Part shown: in pieces, positions 61,548 through 64,000 of the stretch
Numbering within the stretch: the stretch's first letter is position 1
How the letters are laid out: each line of letters opens with the position of its first letter
NCBI GenBank assembly: GCA_963775725.1
Contig: CAVZKA010000002.1
Span: 1,320,242-1,384,241, forward strand
Origin: an uncultured Acidobacteriota bacterium
GTDB taxonomy: Bacteria; Acidobacteriota; Thermoanaerobaculia; UBA5066; Gp7-AA6
DNA length: 64,000 bases
Reading direction: 5' to 3'
Program-made: the position numbers and the translations under genes
The notes under the pieces: model-generated
The model's database searches: none
Seen by the model: the letters and a program-made list of their open reading frames with translations, nothing else
Told to the model about the DNA's origin: nothing

Positions 61548-61577
61548 ATTCTAGAGATGTAGTGTTGGGCGTGTCAA
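61548..61577 (-). promoter_or_regulatory. Sigma-70 promoter of the ars operon (leaderless arsR)
   Basis: TTGACA (61572-61577)-N18-TAGAAT (61548-61553), 7 nt before ATG. Confidence 0.7.
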
Positions 61578-61605
61578 GGCCCCTTTTCGGGGCCTTTTCG
61601 GGTCT

Positions 61606-63226
61606 TCAGCGCACGAGCTCGATCTCGCTCGGCCGCCAGGTCCTGTCGAAGAACGACTCCTTCGGGCTGTACAGGCGCAGCAGCGTGAACCAACCCTTTC
61701 CCGGCATCGTCTGGATCCAGTTGCCTGCCTTGGCGTCGGCCGGTTTCGTCGGTCCGAAATAGATCGTCGTGGATCCGTCCGCGTTCGCGACGGCCGCCGG
61801 CGAGGGATACGTCTGGCTGCCGGCGCGCGGGAAGCGCTGCGGGGTCTGGAGCATCGAGCGCGTCTGGTTGTCGTAGAGAGTGAACGACCAGAATTTGGCC
61901 GCGGGAATGTCTTTGGGCAGCGTCACGCGATAGGTCTTGCCGCCGTCGAAGGCGTTCTTGTCGGCGTCGGTGAAGCCCATGAGGTACTGCGAGCCGACCA
62001 TGGGAAGGCGCATGATCATTCCGGGCGAGTCCATCGTGTAGCCGAAGTAGAAGGCGGTCCGGGAGTCGAGGGTCCGCGCTCCGGTGGCCGGCAGGGGCTG
62101 GAAGAGGCCCTCCTTCGTGATGGTCGGCGGCGGGGTCTCGAAGTTGTAGCCGCCCTGCCACAGCATGTTCGCCCACATCGAGCCCGGGTAGTAGGCCCAT
62201 CCTGGATACTCGGCGGCGCGCCAGTTCAGGGACCGGGCGGCCGCGCTGCCCACGGCCGCGGCGTCGGTCAGGATCTTTTTCATGCGCGCGTCCGGAGCGA
62301 AGGGCTTGCCCTTCACGATGCCGATGGCCGCGAGCTGTCCGAGAAGCTCCGGGCTGAACGAGGTCGCGGGCTCCATCTGGACGAGCTTGTCGACCATCTC
62401 GAAATACGAGAAGTCGCTCGGCGGGATCGTGTTGAAGGACTTGCCGCTCGCCTCGATGAACTTCGTCGCCGGCGACTGGCGGGTTGGCCTCCAGCCGCAC
62501 CTTCCCCTCGAGCGCCGTCGCGATGCTGGTGCCGAATCCCCCTGGCGTATACGGATAGATCTTCAGCTCCTTCTTGATCAGGGCGGCGGCGGGCTTGGGA
62601 TCGTTGTTCTCCATGAACGCGCGCACGGCGTACAGGACGTGGGTCGTCTTCGAGCGGCCCACGAAGAAGCCGCTGTCGGGAACGGGGCCGTCGTAGTCGG
62701 GCGGCAGGATCAGGTACTTGCCGCCCGCGCCGCGGTCCGGACCGGGGCCGCCGATGTCGATGATCCAGCCGAACCACATGTCGTTGAGCGTGCCGAGCTG
62801 CATCGGCGGCACTTCGATCACCAGGGGACCCTTCGTCAGGTCGAGGACCGCGAGGTTGTAGACGGTGTCGGCGTTGGCAGTGAGAAAGAGGGAGCTCGCG
62901 TCCATCAGCTCGGAGAAGATGACGACCGTGTTGTCCTCTGCGCCGATGCTGTGGAAGCCCTCCCGGATCGCGTACGCCGACGCCCCCGAGAAGCTGTTCA
63001 TGAAGGCGTCGATGCCCCGCGCGTAAACGAGCTCGTCGTAGACCTTACGGGCGGTGGCGGCGCTCGGCGCGCCGTCCTTGAATTCGAGCGTCATGCCTCT
63101 CGCCTCGACCTTGTTCGGGGTGGAGAGCGCCTTCAGCGCCTCCGGAGAGACCTGGGCAAGGCCGGGTGCCGCGGCCGCGAGCATCGCGACCATCACGAGA
63201 CGGATCCTGCCTGGGACCTGAGTCAT
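61606..63226 (-). CDS. Secreted DUF1254/DUF1214 protein (indel near 62480)
   Basis: Signal peptide; FLTANADTVY, GPDRGAGGKYL, then frame 61606-62397 with KFWSFTLYD, NWIQT, LRLYSP. Confidence 0.85.
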
Positions 63227-63425
63227 GGAGCTGCCTCCCTGGTTGTTGTTGCGACGCCTGAGTTCCGGAAACGCGGCGGGATTCTATATGCGCGTGGAGC
63301 GCCACCGGCCGGTTTGCCCTGTAGAATTTCGACCGGAGACGCCGCATGCGTCATCAGACGACTCTGTCGATCATGCTCGCCATCGTTGTTCCGAGCCGCG
63401 CCAGATCACGAAATAAAGGTTCGTC

Positions 63426-64000
63426 CTACAGGTAGCGCAGCCAGGCGTCGTCGCGGCGCGCCTTGAGCTCGCCCATCCAGCGACAGGGCACGTACAGGAT
63501 CGCAACGACGACGAGCGTCACCAGGTAGAGCAGCGGCAGTCCCCATGTGTAGCCGTCCGGAGGGGGAGGGTTGCCCATCGGGTGGTTCGTGAAGAGCCAC
63601 GCGTTCACGCGTCCTTCTCGCAGGAGCGACACGCCGATCGCCGCGAGGTGGATGAGCGGGATGTGGAGGACGTAGTAGAAGAAGGGAACCCGCCCGTACA
63701 CGATCAGGGCCCGTGCAAGGGCGCCGTGCGCCCTCTCGAGCAGAGGAATCGTCGCGATCATCGGGCCGAGCGTCATGAGCAGGAAGAGCAGAGACGCCGG
63801 GTACTTGTTGGTGTTCAGGAACCGCAGCAGCGGGGGCATCGGCGGCCGGCCTTTTGCGGCGTCCGCGGCGGCCGCGGCCGGATCGGGCGGCGGGTTCCAC
63901 TTGCCCGGGTCGCCGTAGAGGTCCAGGCCGCGCAGGAGGAGGAAGAGCGCGATGGCGGCGCCGCCGATCGTCAAACACACGCGGCGGCGGCGCGCGGCGT
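63426..64000 (-). CDS. DUF1624-like membrane protein, 5' part outside the window
   Basis: FLNTNKYPASLLFLLMTLGP, YGRVPFFYYVLH, YVPCRW motifs. Confidence 0.75.
   Translation of the reverse strand, partial: AARRRRVCLTIGGAAIALFLLLRGLDLYGDPGKWNPPPDPAAAAADAAKGRPPMPPLLRFLNTNKYPASLLFLLMTLGPMIATIPLLERAHGALARALIVYGRVPFFYYVLHIPLIHLAAIGVSLLREGRVNAWLFTNHPMGNPPPPDGYTWGLPLLYLVTLVVVAILYVPCRWMGELKARRDDAWLRYL

Noticed and set aside
63301-63324. CAGGGCAAACC on the minus strand as a c-di-GMP-I riboswitch
   Set aside because: No GAAA tetraloop stem or GACGCAAAG follows.

Overview
A high-GC (about 70% by eye) bacterial chromosomal window, most likely Acidobacteriota class Thermoanaerobaculia. The taxonomic call is inferred from the ADOP-type permease, kinase/propeller proteins and a lineage-typical secreted domain. 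At least nine genes, including essential smc, are split by small indels, which points to long-read consensus errors rather than biology. The core backbone is tRNA-Thr(CGT), smc, fhs, ligA, the tilS-hpt-ftsH and folP-cdaA-cdaR-glmM-HAD blocks, tRNA-Met(CAT) and tRNA-Val(TAC). A roughly 21 kb accessory stretch (secreted peptidases, two Ser/Thr kinases, a beta-barrel, lipoproteins) separates tRNA-Met from tilS. A second accessory stretch after tRNA-Val holds a deaminase, DoxX, an arsR-arsI-acr3-arsC operon and a DUF1254 gene. The best candidate for an undescribed system is a tightly coupled five-gene operon (10659->6700) joining a ketosynthase/chain-length-factor pair and a hot-dog thioesterase to an exosortase H-like transpeptidase and a membrane partner, suggesting lipid-linked protein sorting. 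Other notable signals are an Hpt with a degenerate PRPP-binding motif, symmetric bidirectional promoters feeding leaderless genes, an FHA-Fis protein lacking AAA+, a pseudo-receiver-PilZ protein and a zinc-finger-coupled ClC-CBS-RCK_C channel. No CRISPR array, rRNA, integrase or transposase was seen. Family calls come from motif recognition only; no database searches were run.
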